Below are positions 21,109 through 30,670 of a stretch of DNA of 64,000 nt, in pieces (position 1 is the first letter of the stretch; every line of letters starts with the position of its first letter). The DNA lies in the NCBI GenBank assembly GCA_964537955.1, contig CAZICY010000002.1:13904-77903 (forward strand), read 5' to 3'. The notes beneath the pieces are model-generated. The model did not search any database. It had not been told where the DNA came from and worked only from the letters and a program-made list of their open reading frames with translations. A program made the translations under genes and the position numbers. The DNA comes from an uncultured Actinomyces sp. GTDB lineage: Bacteria; Actinomycetota; Actinomycetes; S36-B12.

Positions 21109-22457
21109 CGCCAGGTGGGCCGTTCGTCGGGGCCGGGTCGCTCGAGCAGCCCGGCGGCGATCCCGCCGAAGAACGCCGCGCCCATGGCTGCCGCCTCGGC
21201 AACCGAGCTCGTGGAGTAGTCGCCGAGCTGTCGACGCTTCGCCTGGGCGACCGTCGGGTCGTGGGACCAGCCTCCGGTCACCATGGCCTCGGTGCGCGGA
21301 CCGATCACGGACTCGATGAAGTCGATGAGATCGGTGGAGAGTGCCGTGAGGTCGTCCACGGCAGCGCGCCAGGCCAGGGCCGGAGACAGGCCCTCGGTCA
21401 CTCCCGTCAGCGTGAGCCCCTCGTGACTGGACGCCGCAACGCGGAAGGGCACCGAATCGCGGTCGAGACCGGCAGCCTCCAGGGAGATGGCCCGGCGCCG
21501 ATCCCGGTCGGTGAGGCCCAGGAGGGCGGCCATGCGCTCGAGCGACAGCCCGGTGAGCAGGCCCCCGACCGTGCAGAGGAACCCGGGCACCACGCCCCAG
21601 CCGATGCCGATGTCGCGCTCGACCAGTCGGGCCACGGTGTCGCGGTCGACGGGCGCGAAGAGACGCAGGAGCGCCTCGGCGGTGCCGAGCGAGTCGGTGA
21701 GCACCCCGAGTCGCATGGCCCCCATGGCGAAGGCAGCGGACTCGTGGTCGAGGCCGGCCGCCGTGAGCGCGGCACCGCGCAGGCGGCGAGGCGCCTGGTC
21801 GCCGACGGTGCCGGCGGGCTCGCCCGCCCAGACGATGCGCTCCGCGACGAGGTCGCCCACGAGATCGGTCGCGGTCTGCCAGGGCTCGTCGGCAAGGACG
21901 TCGTAGAGCCCCGAGCGCGACAGGATCGAGCGCTCCGCGACTTGGTCACCGCCCATGGCGTGGATGACCCAGTCGCTCACGCTGAGGTGGCGCACGGCGC
22001 GATCTCGGCTGTCCGGATGCGCGTTGTAGAGGTAGAGCACCTTGGCGAGTGAGGGCTTGGAGTTGAGTCGGACGCCGCAGGTCCGCCAGAACTCCTCGTC
22101 CGTCGTGCGTTCGCGGATCGGCTCGGCCAGGCCACGAGGGTCGTGCCAGGCGAGCGTCGGGGCACACGGGCGGCCCTGGGCATCGAGGAGCGCGCCCGCC
22201 TCGGCCATGCCGGTGACCCCGATGCCGCGCACGACGGACCCGGGCGGGACGCGGGGGTCCTCCAGGCTGCGGTCGGCCAGCGACATCGCGAGGTCGGCGA
22301 GGACGTCGGCGTCGATGTCGGCGCAGGCTCCGTCGTGTCGCCAGGGAGTGCGCGCCTCGGACTCGCCGACGACGCGTCCGTCCACGGTGACCGCGAGCGC
22401 CTTGACGCGGGTCGTCCCCACGTCGATGCCGACGAGCAGCTCGAACCGATCGGACAT
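21105..22457 (-). CDS. FGGY-family carbohydrate kinase
   Basis: GIDVGTTRVK, LAWHDPR, GLDH, SLGTAE, TGGW, EAAAMGAA. Confidence 0.88.
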   Translation of the reverse strand: MSDRFELLVGIDVGTTRVKALAVTVDGRVVGESEARTPWRHDGACADIDADVLADLAMSLADRSLEDPRVPPGSVVRGIGVTGMAEAGALLDAQGRPCAPTLAWHDPRGLAEPIRERTTDEEFWRTCGVRLNSKPSLAKVLYLYNAHPDSRDRAVRHLSVSDWVIHAMGGDQVAERSILSRSGLYDVLADEPWQTATDLVGDLVAERIVWAGEPAGTVGDQAPRRLRGAALTAAGLDHESAAFAMGAMRLGVLTDSLGTAEALLRLFAPVDRDTVARLVERDIGIGWGVVPGFLCTVGGLLTGLSLERMAALLGLTDRDRRRAISLEAAGLDRDSVPFRVAASSHEGLTLTGVTEGLSPALAWRAAVDDLTALSTDLIDFIESVIGPRTEAMVTGGWSHDPTVAQAKRRQLGDYSTSSVAEAAAMGAAFFGGIAAGLLERPGPDERPTWR

Positions 22458-22459
22458 GG

Positions 22460-23497
22460 TCAGCGAGCTGCCTCGGGCGCGTCCGGGGACGGTGGGCGGC
22501 AGGCCACCGCCACGAGGGCGCCGTCAGCGGTCCAGTCGCCCGCCGCGTAGGGCATGAGCAGGACGTCGCCCTTGGCCACCGGATGGCTGCCGTGGCCAGA
22601 GGTGATGATGCCCGCGCCATCGAGCACCACGATCACCGAGAAGCCCGCGTCGACCGGGACTGGGCCGGCGCTCGTGTCGAGGTGCTGCGCGCGGAAGTAG
22701 GCGTCCGCCTCGCGGGGTAGTGCTGAGGTCAGGCCGGCGCGCTCGATGTCCTCGCGGCGCACGACGAGGCGATCGAGGTCGGCGTCCGTGACGGCAGTGG
22801 TGTCGACGGCCTGGAGGGCGACGTCGAATCCCAGGTCGAGGTGGCCGTCACGGTCGCCATCGACCGCGAAGTCCTGCCACTCCAGCAGGATCGACAGATC
22901 GGTCGGCTCCTGCAGTTCGAGGACGAAGACCCCCTCCTGGACCGTGTGAGGAAGTCCCGCGGGCACGAGCATCGCATCGCCAGGCCGCACCTCGCGCGTG
23001 CGCAGCGACGCGAGCAGTCCGGCGCTGTCGTGCGCGGCCACCATGGCGGCGACCTCCGCGAGCGGCAGGGCCTCGGCGAAGCCCACGCCGACGCGGGCCC
23101 CGGGGGGCGCGTCCACGACGTACCACGCCTCGGTCTTGCCGTGGGCGAGTCCGAGGTGCTTTCTGGCGAACTCGCGATTGGGGTGCAGATGCACGGGAAG
23201 GCGCTGGCCGAGGTCGAGGAACTTCACCAGGACCTCGACATCCGTGCCGTAGCGGGCGACGTGCCCCGGGCCGAGCCAGGCGGTCGGATCGGCGATGACC
23301 GCATCGCGCAGGAAGCCGTCGCCGGGGAGGGTGCTCAGGCCCTGCGTGGCCTGCCCGAAGCGCGTGGTGGTCGAGCCGATCCATTCCTCGGGTCGCTGCG
23401 GGCCGCCGGGGCCGCCGCGCAGGGCGCCGATGCGGTCACCGCCGCGATAGAAGTGATCGAACTGGTTGACGGGCAGCAGCACGGGGGTCGCGGTCAC
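22460..23497 (-). CDS. Class I mannose-6-phosphate isomerase-like cupin
   Basis: LVKFLD..QRLPVHLHP, GKTEAW, VPAGLPH, ELQEPTD. Confidence 0.82.
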   Translation of the reverse strand: MTATPVLLPVNQFDHFYRGGDRIGALRGGPGGPQRPEEWIGSTTTRFGQATQGLSTLPGDGFLRDAVIADPTAWLGPGHVARYGTDVEVLVKFLDLGQRLPVHLHPNREFARKHLGLAHGKTEAWYVVDAPPGARVGVGFAEALPLAEVAAMVAAHDSAGLLASLRTREVRPGDAMLVPAGLPHTVQEGVFVLELQEPTDLSILLEWQDFAVDGDRDGHLDLGFDVALQAVDTTAVTDADLDRLVVRREDIERAGLTSALPREADAYFRAQHLDTSAGPVPVDAGFSVIVVLDGAGIITSGHGSHPVAKGDVLLMPYAAGDWTADGALVAVACRPPSPDAPEAAR

Positions 23498-23595
23498 ACG
23501 GACATCCTGACACCCGCCGAGGGTTGCCCGCCTGCTGATCCCGCTAGGCTGACGGGAAACTCGGGGGACGCTTCCGACGACCTGCAGGGAGGGTC

Positions 23596-24435
23596 ATGTC
23601 CGACTCCGCCTACCGAATGCGCCGGCTGTTCAACCCGGACTCGGGCCGCTGCCTCGACATCGCGGTCGACCACGGGTTCTTCGGCCAGGGGGGCTTCCTG
23701 GCCGGCATCGAGGACCTCCCGTCCGCGGTGTCGGTGCTCGTCCAGGCCGATCCCGACGCGATCCAGCTCACGCCCGGCCAGGCGAGGCTCCTGCAGTCGC
23801 AGGGCGGGCGCCGACGGCCGGCCCTGGTAATGCGCACGGACGTGGCCAACGTCTATGGGAGCGTGCTGCCAGACCACATGTTCAGCGCGATCGCCCCGGA
23901 TCCGGTCCTCACGGCCGTCCGGATCGACGCGGCCTGCGTCGTGGTCAACCTGCTCGATCTCCCCGGGCGCCCTGAGGTGCGCGAGGCCTGCATCCGCAAC
24001 GTCATGGAGCTGCGCCAGCAGTGCGATCACTACGGCATGCCCCTCATGGTGGAGCCACTGGTGATGAAAGAGACGGATGCGGGGCCCTACACCGTCAACG
24101 GTGACGTGGAGCTCATCATCCCCATCGTGCGCCAGGCGGTGGAGCTCGGCGCCGACGTCATCAAGGCGGATCCCACCGACGACCCGTCGATCTACCACGA
24201 GGTCGTCCGCACGGCGTCGGGGATCCCGGTGCTCATCCGAGGCGGCGGCCGGGTCTCGGACGAGGAGATCTTCGCCCGCACCGAGGCGCTGCTCGCGCAG
24301 GGTGCCGCTGGGCTCGTCTACGGGCGCAACATCATCCAGCACGGCAATCCCGCCGGGATGACCCGCGCGCTCATGGCGATGCTTCACGACGGCGCGAGTG
24401 CCCAGCGCGCCCTGGAGATCCTGCGCGCGTCATGA
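23596..24435 (+). CDS. DhnA/LsrF-family class I aldolase
   Basis: IAVDHG, GMPLMVEP, AVELGADVIK, LIRGG, GLVYGRNIIQ. Confidence 0.88.
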   Translation: MSDSAYRMRRLFNPDSGRCLDIAVDHGFFGQGGFLAGIEDLPSAVSVLVQADPDAIQLTPGQARLLQSQGGRRRPALVMRTDVANVYGSVLPDHMFSAIAPDPVLTAVRIDAACVVVNLLDLPGRPEVREACIRNVMELRQQCDHYGMPLMVEPLVMKETDAGPYTVNGDVELIIPIVRQAVELGADVIKADPTDDPSIYHEVVRTASGIPVLIRGGGRVSDEEIFARTEALLAQGAAGLVYGRNIIQHGNPAGMTRALMAMLHDGASAQRALEILRAS

Positions 24436-25604
24436 GCGCGCCAGCCGACGCCCCACATGGGGGACCGGTCCGACCCGCCGGGCCCGTCCGCATCGGCATC
24501 ATCGGCGGCGGACTCATGGGGCGGGAGCTCGCAGCCGTCTGCGGCCGCTGGGACCTGCTGGTCGACCATCCGGCGCAGCCTCGCGTCGTCGCGGTAGCTG
24601 ACCCGGTGCCGGCTGCTCGGGAGTGGTTCGCCCGCATCGGCTCCGTCACGCGACTGACCGAGGACTGGCGCGACCTCGTCGACGACGATGGCATCGACGT
24701 GCTCTACATCGCGGTCCCGCATCAGCTCCACGAGGAGATCTACCTCGCGGCTACTGCTGCCGGGCGCGACTTCCTCGGCGAGAAGCCCTTCGGCATCGAC
24801 CTGCCGGCGGCCGAGCGCATCGTCGGCGCCATCGATGCCTCCGACGCCTTCGTCCGGGTCTCGAGTGAGTTCCCCTTCTATCCCGGAGCCCAGCGGGCCT
24901 TCGCCTACGCCGCCTCGGGTGCGCTCGGTGACATCCTCGACGTGCGCTCGGGCTTTTGGCACTCCTCCGACCTCAACCGTGCCAAGCCCATCAACTGGAA
25001 GCGCAGGGCCGAGACGTGCGGGGAGATCGGCGTCATGGGGGACCTGGGCCTGCACGTCGCGCACCTGCCGTTGCGGCTGGGCTGGATGCCGACCTCGGTC
25101 TACGCACGGCTCGACGACGTCGTGAGCGAGCGACCCGGACCGGACGGAGCGCCGGTGGCCTGCGACACCTGGGACAACGCACTCCTCACCTGCACGGCTC
25201 ACCCGCGCGCGGGCCGGGACTTCACGATGCTCTGGGAGACGCGGCGTATCGCGCCGGGGCACATGAACACGTGGTTCTTCGAGGCTGTCGGCATGGACGG
25301 CGGGGTTCGCTTCAGCACCCGCCAGGCCACTGTGCTGCAGCGCTTCGCCCTGCGCGACGGGGAGCAGGTGTGGGAGGAGATCCAGCCGGGCAACGTCTCG
25401 GCGTGGCCCGTGGTCTCTGGGCCGATCTTCGAGTTCGGCTTCGGGGACGCCCTCCTGCAGATGTGGGCCTCCTACCTCGCCGAGCGCGCCGGGGACCTCC
25501 AGGGACGATTCGGGACCGCCACGCCCGCCGAGGCACTGCAGGCCCACCGGGTCTTCGACGCGGCGCTGCGCTCGGCCCGGGCCGGGATGCCGGAGTCGCC
25601 CTAA
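24432..25604 (+). CDS. Gfo/Idh/MocA-family oxidoreductase
   Basis: GIIGGGLMG, YIAVPH..H, GEKPF, DLGLH. Confidence 0.88.
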   Translation: MSAPADAPHGGPVRPAGPVRIGIIGGGLMGRELAAVCGRWDLLVDHPAQPRVVAVADPVPAAREWFARIGSVTRLTEDWRDLVDDDGIDVLYIAVPHQLHEEIYLAATAAGRDFLGEKPFGIDLPAAERIVGAIDASDAFVRVSSEFPFYPGAQRAFAYAASGALGDILDVRSGFWHSSDLNRAKPINWKRRAETCGEIGVMGDLGLHVAHLPLRLGWMPTSVYARLDDVVSERPGPDGAPVACDTWDNALLTCTAHPRAGRDFTMLWETRRIAPGHMNTWFFEAVGMDGGVRFSTRQATVLQRFALRDGEQVWEEIQPGNVSAWPVVSGPIFEFGFGDALLQMWASYLAERAGDLQGRFGTATPAEALQAHRVFDAALRSARAGMPESP

Positions 25605-25633
25605 CCCCGGGTGAGCGGTGCTTGGATGGGGGT

Positions 25634-26452
25634 ATGGGCACCAGCAAGGCAAAGAAGCTGCCGCGTGAGTTCTATGAGGCCACTCTCTACGAGCTCCAGG
25701 GCGAGCTCGTCACGATGCAGGAATGGGTGAAGTCGACCGGGGCGCGCATCGTCGTGGTGTTCGAGGGTCGTGACGCCGCGGGCAAGGGCTCGACGATCAA
25801 GCGAGTGACGGAGTATCTCAACCCCCGCGTGGCCCGCATCGTGGCGCTGCCCACCCCGACGGAGCGGCAGCGGACCCAGTGGTACTTCCAGCGCTACGTG
25901 GAGCAGCTGCCCGCGGCCGGGGAGATCGTCCTGTTCGACAGGTCCTGGTACAACCGCGCGGGCGTCGAGCGGGTCATGGGCTTCTGCACCGCTGAGGAGT
26001 ACCGCCGCTTCCTGCGCCAGGCTCCCATCTTCGAGCGGATGCTGATCGAGGACGGCATCTACCTGCGCAAGTACTGGTTCAGCGTGAGCAATCACGAACA
26101 GGAGAAGCGCTTCGCCTCGCGCCTGAACGACCCCATGCGTCAGTGGAAGCTCTCGCCGATGGACCTGGAGTCGCTCACGCGCTGGGAGGACTACTCACGG
26201 GCGAAGGACGAGATGATGGTCCACACGGACACCACGGAGTCGCCGTGGTTCGACGTGGAGGCCGACGACAAGCGCAAGGCGCGCATCAACATGATCCACC
26301 ACCTGCTCTCGACGATCCCGTATGCACCGGTGACCCGGCCTCCGCTCGTGCTGCCCGAGCGGCCCGACGGGCACGGCTACCAGCGCCCCCCGCGGGACCT
26401 CACGCGCTACGTGCCGGACTACGCCGGCGAGCTGCTCGCGCGCACGTCCTGA
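25634..26452 (+). CDS. ppk2: Polyphosphate kinase 2
   Basis: FEGRDAAGKG, WYFQRY, FDRSWYNRAGVE, WKLSPMD. Confidence 0.95.
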   Translation: MGTSKAKKLPREFYEATLYELQGELVTMQEWVKSTGARIVVVFEGRDAAGKGSTIKRVTEYLNPRVARIVALPTPTERQRTQWYFQRYVEQLPAAGEIVLFDRSWYNRAGVERVMGFCTAEEYRRFLRQAPIFERMLIEDGIYLRKYWFSVSNHEQEKRFASRLNDPMRQWKLSPMDLESLTRWEDYSRAKDEMMVHTDTTESPWFDVEADDKRKARINMIHHLLSTIPYAPVTRPPLVLPERPDGHGYQRPPRDLTRYVPDYAGELLARTS

Positions 26453-27327
26453 GCGCCCCGGCCACTTGAGGCCGCCAAAGACCTGGCGAGAGCCGCATTG
26501 CCGACCGCGCCGAGGAGGATCACGTAGGCGGCGATGTAGAGGACGAGGCTGAGAATGACGGTGCTGGCGAGCGTGCCGTAGATCGCCTGGTAGCTCGTGG
26601 CGAAGCGCAGGTAGATGCCGAAGCCGATGACGACGGCGAAGCTGCCGACGGCGCCGAAGGCGGCCCCGGGCCAGTTCAGGCGCGGGGCCTGGTGGGAAGC
26701 GGACGCTCGGAAGGTGGCGACGAGCACCCCGGTGCCGAGCACGAGGGCCAGCAGGATCCCGACGGTGAAGGCGAGGGCACGCCAGGGTTCGTCGAGCGTC
26801 GAGGCCCAGGCCGCTCCCGCACCCGCGGCGACGAGCAGGATCCCGAAGGCGAGGATCGTGAGCACGCTCCCGACATAGGCCGAGGCGCGTGCGCGCACGT
26901 AGTGCTGAGGGTCCAGGCCGTAGGCAACGCGGACAGCGCGCTGGAAGGTGTAGATGCCGGTGGACACGGCCCACAGCACCGTGACGAGCGAGATGACCAG
27001 GCCCAGGGACACCTGGCTGGTCGTGGCCTCGGACGCCGACTTGATCTGGTTGGCCAGCAGGCTTCCCATCGTGTCCGGTGCGGCTGACTTGAGGGCCTGG
27101 ACGGCCTCGTTGAGGGTCGCGGGATCAATGAGCCGTCCGAAGATGATAGCGACGGCGATGAATCCGGGAGTGATCGCGATCGCCGTCCAGAAGGCAACCG
27201 CCGCCGCCGACAGGCTGATGCGCTCGATTGACTGCGCCTGGGCGACGTCCAGCGCGAGATCGACTGTCCGGGACAGCCGGGGACGCTGGCGGACGAAGCG
27301 CTTCGCGCGCTCCACGGCCGCCTTCAT
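26419..27327 (-). CDS. YihY/BrkB-family inner membrane protein
   Basis: AAAVAFW, LW.VS.G, WPGA, YQAIYGTLA, ILLGA; several TM segments. Confidence 0.82.
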   Translation of the reverse strand: MKAAVERAKRFVRQRPRLSRTVDLALDVAQAQSIERISLSAAAVAFWTAIAITPGFIAVAIIFGRLIDPATLNEAVQALKSAAPDTMGSLLANQIKSASEATTSQVSLGLVISLVTVLWAVSTGIYTFQRAVRVAYGLDPQHYVRARASAYVGSVLTILAFGILLVAAGAGAAWASTLDEPWRALAFTVGILLALVLGTGVLVATFRASASHQAPRLNWPGAAFGAVGSFAVVIGFGIYLRFATSYQAIYGTLASTVILSLVLYIAAYVILLGAVGNAALARSLAASSGRGAQDVRASSSPA

Positions 27328-27328
27328 G

Positions 27329-27616
27329 TCACACGACGGCGGCGATGCCGGCGGCGACGAGGCTCGCGATGCCGAGGTAGACGAGCACGACTCCGATGGC
27401 CGCGATGCGCAGCGGTGCGCGCTCATCGCTCACGGCGATGGCGAAGGCATGGGTGTAGACCTTGCGGAAGGGCGTGGCCTCGCGGGAGGGGTTGCCCTGC
27501 GGGTCGCGCTGGAACCAGTAGGCCTTCTCGCTCGACATGCCGTACGCGGCGAACGCGAGCCCGAAGAGGGCCAGGAAGACTCCCAGCAGGAGGAAGACGA
27601 TGACGGTGACGGACAC
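27329..27616 (-). CDS. Small two-TM membrane protein
   Basis: Two hydrophobic segments; 1 bp upstream of yihY-like gene. Confidence 0.65.
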   Translation of the reverse strand: MSVTVIVFLLLGVFLALFGLAFAAYGMSSEKAYWFQRDPQGNPSREATPFRKVYTHAFAIAVSDERAPLRIAAIGVVLVYLGIASLVAAGIAAVV

Positions 27617-27651
27617 GCCGGCAGCCTAGCGGCATCGCGCTAGCCTGCGGC

Positions 27652-28701
27652 ATGCCCGGTGAGCATGGCGCCCCTCGCGAGATCGACGTCGACGGCATCG
27701 CCGTACGCATCACCAGTCCGCAGCGCCCGCTGTGGCGGGATCCTGCAGGCGTCATCACCAAGGCCGATCTTGCGCACTACTACCTGCATGTGGCCCCGGA
27801 CCTGCTCGCGGCCGTCGGCGAGCGCCCCACCACCCTCCAGCGGTTCCCTGACGGGGTGATCGTCGACGGGGAGCGACGCGAGTCGTTCTACAACAAGCAC
27901 CTGCCCAAGACCGTGCCCGACTACGTCGGCCACGTGCGCGTCACCTTCCCCTCCGGGCGCACTGCGGAGCAGGTCTGTCCGGCCAATGCCGCCACCCTGC
28001 TCTGGGCGGCCAACCTCGGCACCGTCACCTTCCATCCGTGGCCGGTGACGCGCGCGGACGTCGACCGGCCCGATGAGTTGCGCATCGACCTCGATCCCCA
28101 GGAGGGAAGGGTTTTCGCGGACGCAGTGCAGGCGGCGGTTGCGCTTGCCGACATGCTCCGCTCGTACGGCGCCGAGCCCTTCGTCAAGACAAGTGGCGGC
28201 AGGGGCTTGCATGTCTTCGTCGCCATCGAGCCCCGGTGGGAATTCCTCGAGGTGCGACATGCCGCGATCGCGCTGGGACGCGCGCTCGAGCGGGCGCTCC
28301 CGGACCTGGTGACCACGGCCTGGTGGAAGGAGGAGCGCGGCTCGCGGGTCTTCGTCGACTACAACCAGATGGCTCGCGATCGCACGATGGCCTCCGCGTG
28401 GTCGGTGCGTGCCCGCCCGGGCGCTCCGGTGTCGATGCCCGTCACATGGCGCTCACTTGCTGAGATCGACCCCGCCGACTTCACGCTCCGGACGGTCCCG
28501 GGCATCCGTGAGGAGGTGGGCAACCCGTGGGCCGCGCTGGGCACCAGCCGATTCGACATCACGCCCCTGCTCGATCTGTGGCAGGCGGACGTGGCCGAGC
28601 GCGGGCTGGGCGAGATGCCCTTCCCGCCGGACTACCCGAAGATGCCGGGCGAGCCGCCCCGAGTGCAGCCCAGTCGTCGGCGGAGGGACACGTCAGGCTA
28701 G
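27652..28701 (+). CDS. LigD-type primase-polymerase (Prim-PolC-like)
   Basis: RFPDG, IDLDP, KTSGGRGLHV, WWKEERG.RVFVDYNQ, FPPDYPKMPGEPPRVQPS C-terminus. Confidence 0.9.
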   Translation: MPGEHGAPREIDVDGIAVRITSPQRPLWRDPAGVITKADLAHYYLHVAPDLLAAVGERPTTLQRFPDGVIVDGERRESFYNKHLPKTVPDYVGHVRVTFPSGRTAEQVCPANAATLLWAANLGTVTFHPWPVTRADVDRPDELRIDLDPQEGRVFADAVQAAVALADMLRSYGAEPFVKTSGGRGLHVFVAIEPRWEFLEVRHAAIALGRALERALPDLVTTAWWKEERGSRVFVDYNQMARDRTMASAWSVRARPGAPVSMPVTWRSLAEIDPADFTLRTVPGIREEVGNPWAALGTSRFDITPLLDLWQADVAERGLGEMPFPPDYPKMPGEPPRVQPSRRRRDTSG

Positions 28702-30581
28702 TGGCAGTGGCCGCTGGGAGCGGCGACGGCGATCCCGGGGTTGCGGCGAAAGAAGCCGACGGGCTTGAGCATGAATCCCGTGCGATCCACGGGCATCACG
28801 GGCCAATCCTCCGCACGAGGGATGTGGTTCGTGCCGAACACGTGCCACAGCACCAGGTCGGTGTCCTCGAGCGGCCGGTCGGCCGCGGTCCACTCGGGAA
28901 GCCCTGCGCCACCTGGATGCTGAAGCGGGAACTCACCTGCGGGGTACCGCTCGCCCCTGCGGTTCGGCGTGGCCCATAAGTGGTGGTACATGAAGGCCGC
29001 GCGCCGGCCGATGACCGAGTCGGGCGAGGCCATCGGCCACGTCACCGCACCGGGAACGAGCTTGTAGGCAACCGGGGCGCCGAGGTGGCCGCGCACCTCG
29101 CGGTTGACCACCTTCCAGTAGCGGCCGGTGAAGGGGTTCACCTCGCGCTGAGCGGCTGATTCCTGCGCCAGCACGGTCTGGCGGATCGTGTACGAGGAAC
29201 CCTCTGGATTCAGGGGGCCCGGGGGGAGGGGCTCGCACTCCACCTCTACCAAAGTGTTCGGTCCTCCATCGATGTCGAGGTCGAGCCGTGCGCAGAGAAT
29301 GTGCTGGTGGTAGGGCGCCAGGAGGCCGGGCTCGATCTCAGTCGCCGAAGGTCCCGGGTTGCCGAGGTCGCCCGCGGTGGTGAGCACAATGCCGGTGAGC
29401 TTGGCTTCGAATTCAAGGGAGCCGTCCTGGTAGAAGTACCAGAAGTAGCCGTACTCATAGTTGTTCACCGTAACGATCGATGACACCACGAAGCGGCGTG
29501 AGCGCCGCACCTCCACGTGACCGTCTTGGTCAGTGTGCTTCCACAGGATTCCGTGGTCCTCCTCATGCATGCAGATCGCCTGGGGGATCTCCTTCACATT
29601 GCCCTGCGCATCGGCCACTGCCACGTCCAGGTAGACGATCTCGCCGAGGCAGTCACAGCCCAGGGTGAGGGAGTTCGTGAAGTTGCCCAGGCCGAACTCT
29701 CCCGTGTCGAAGGCCTGCTTGCGCTGCGCACCTGGGGCGCTGTCGCCGTAGGGAATCACGAGTTCGGCAATCGACATCCGGTAGGCAATCGGGCGCTCGT
29801 GACCGTCATCGTCGAATCTCACATCGTGGAGCACGAGTCCTTCACGCTGATCGAAGCCGACGCGCAGCCGCCATCTCTCCCAGCGCACAGCCCAGCCGTC
29901 CACCGCAAACGACGGGCCATCCTTCTGCACTATGGCGAGGTCTCGAAGTCGCACGTCGGCACGAACCTGGTCGGCCCGGTAAGGGCCGGGAGTCAGCGGG
30001 ATGGGCGGGACGCCGTCGTCGTCTTCGACGCGCAAGACCTCACCAGAGTCAAGGTCAACGATGGCGCGCAGGCCTTCGATGGGGTGGGCATACACGTTGG
30101 ATTCGGGTTCGGGACGCAGCCACATCGGAGTCCACACGAGCCGGCGGGTGGCATCGACACCCGGGGGCACCTCAGATCCAAAGGACCAGGCCTCGATGTG
30201 CACGGTGTCCAGGTCGGTGACGCCTCTCCGGGCGAGCGCGGCGCACAGTCGCTCGTCGCGCTTCACGGCGTCGATCGCGCGCTGGCACTCCAGAGGGAGC
30301 ACCGAGGCAAGCGCGCCGGGCGCCTCCTGCACGTCAAGCACTCCGCCGCCCACCTCGACCATGGCGATGCGCACCAATTGCTCGGCGCCGTCCCAGATCG
30401 TTGCGCGCGCCACTCGCGGAAGGGTGTCGCCTGGCCGCCACGCGCGTACGGCGGCCTTGTGGGGCTCCTCGAGCTGCAGCATCGACAGCAGACGTGGGCC
30501 ACCGAGAAGTGCCTCTGCGCTCAACACGGCGCAGACCTCTCTCAGTTCGGAGGGCGACAGCGGGTCGAGTGGATGCTCCAC
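28698..30581 (-). CDS. Copper amine oxidase (TPQ-dependent primary amine oxidase)
   Basis: HPLDPL, FDTGEFG, LGCDC, TVNNYEY cofactor motif, HQH and H(IP) copper ligands, EDWPVMP. Confidence 0.93.
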   Translation of the reverse strand: MEHPLDPLSPSELREVCAVLSAEALLGGPRLLSMLQLEEPHKAAVRAWRPGDTLPRVARATIWDGAEQLVRIAMVEVGGGVLDVQEAPGALASVLPLECQRAIDAVKRDERLCAALARRGVTDLDTVHIEAWSFGSEVPPGVDATRRLVWTPMWLRPEPESNVYAHPIEGLRAIVDLDSGEVLRVEDDDGVPPIPLTPGPYRADQVRADVRLRDLAIVQKDGPSFAVDGWAVRWERWRLRVGFDQREGLVLHDVRFDDDGHERPIAYRMSIAELVIPYGDSAPGAQRKQAFDTGEFGLGNFTNSLTLGCDCLGEIVYLDVAVADAQGNVKEIPQAICMHEEDHGILWKHTDQDGHVEVRRSRRFVVSSIVTVNNYEYGYFWYFYQDGSLEFEAKLTGIVLTTAGDLGNPGPSATEIEPGLLAPYHQHILCARLDLDIDGGPNTLVEVECEPLPPGPLNPEGSSYTIRQTVLAQESAAQREVNPFTGRYWKVVNREVRGHLGAPVAYKLVPGAVTWPMASPDSVIGRRAAFMYHHLWATPNRRGERYPAGEFPLQHPGGAGLPEWTAADRPLEDTDLVLWHVFGTNHIPRAEDWPVMPVDRTGFMLKPVGFFRRNPGIAVAAPSGHCH

Positions 30582-30670
30582 CGCCTCAGCCTAGGGCCCG
30601 CCGACGGTCATCGCTGCCGCAAAGATCCCAGGGGCGCCGCCCAGGGCCAGCCCACGGGACCGCGTGAGGA

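Noticed and set aside
27652-28701. NHEJ (Ku-LigD) system
   Set aside because: Stand-alone polymerase domain with Prim-PolC-type C-terminus; no Ku or phosphoesterase domain nearby
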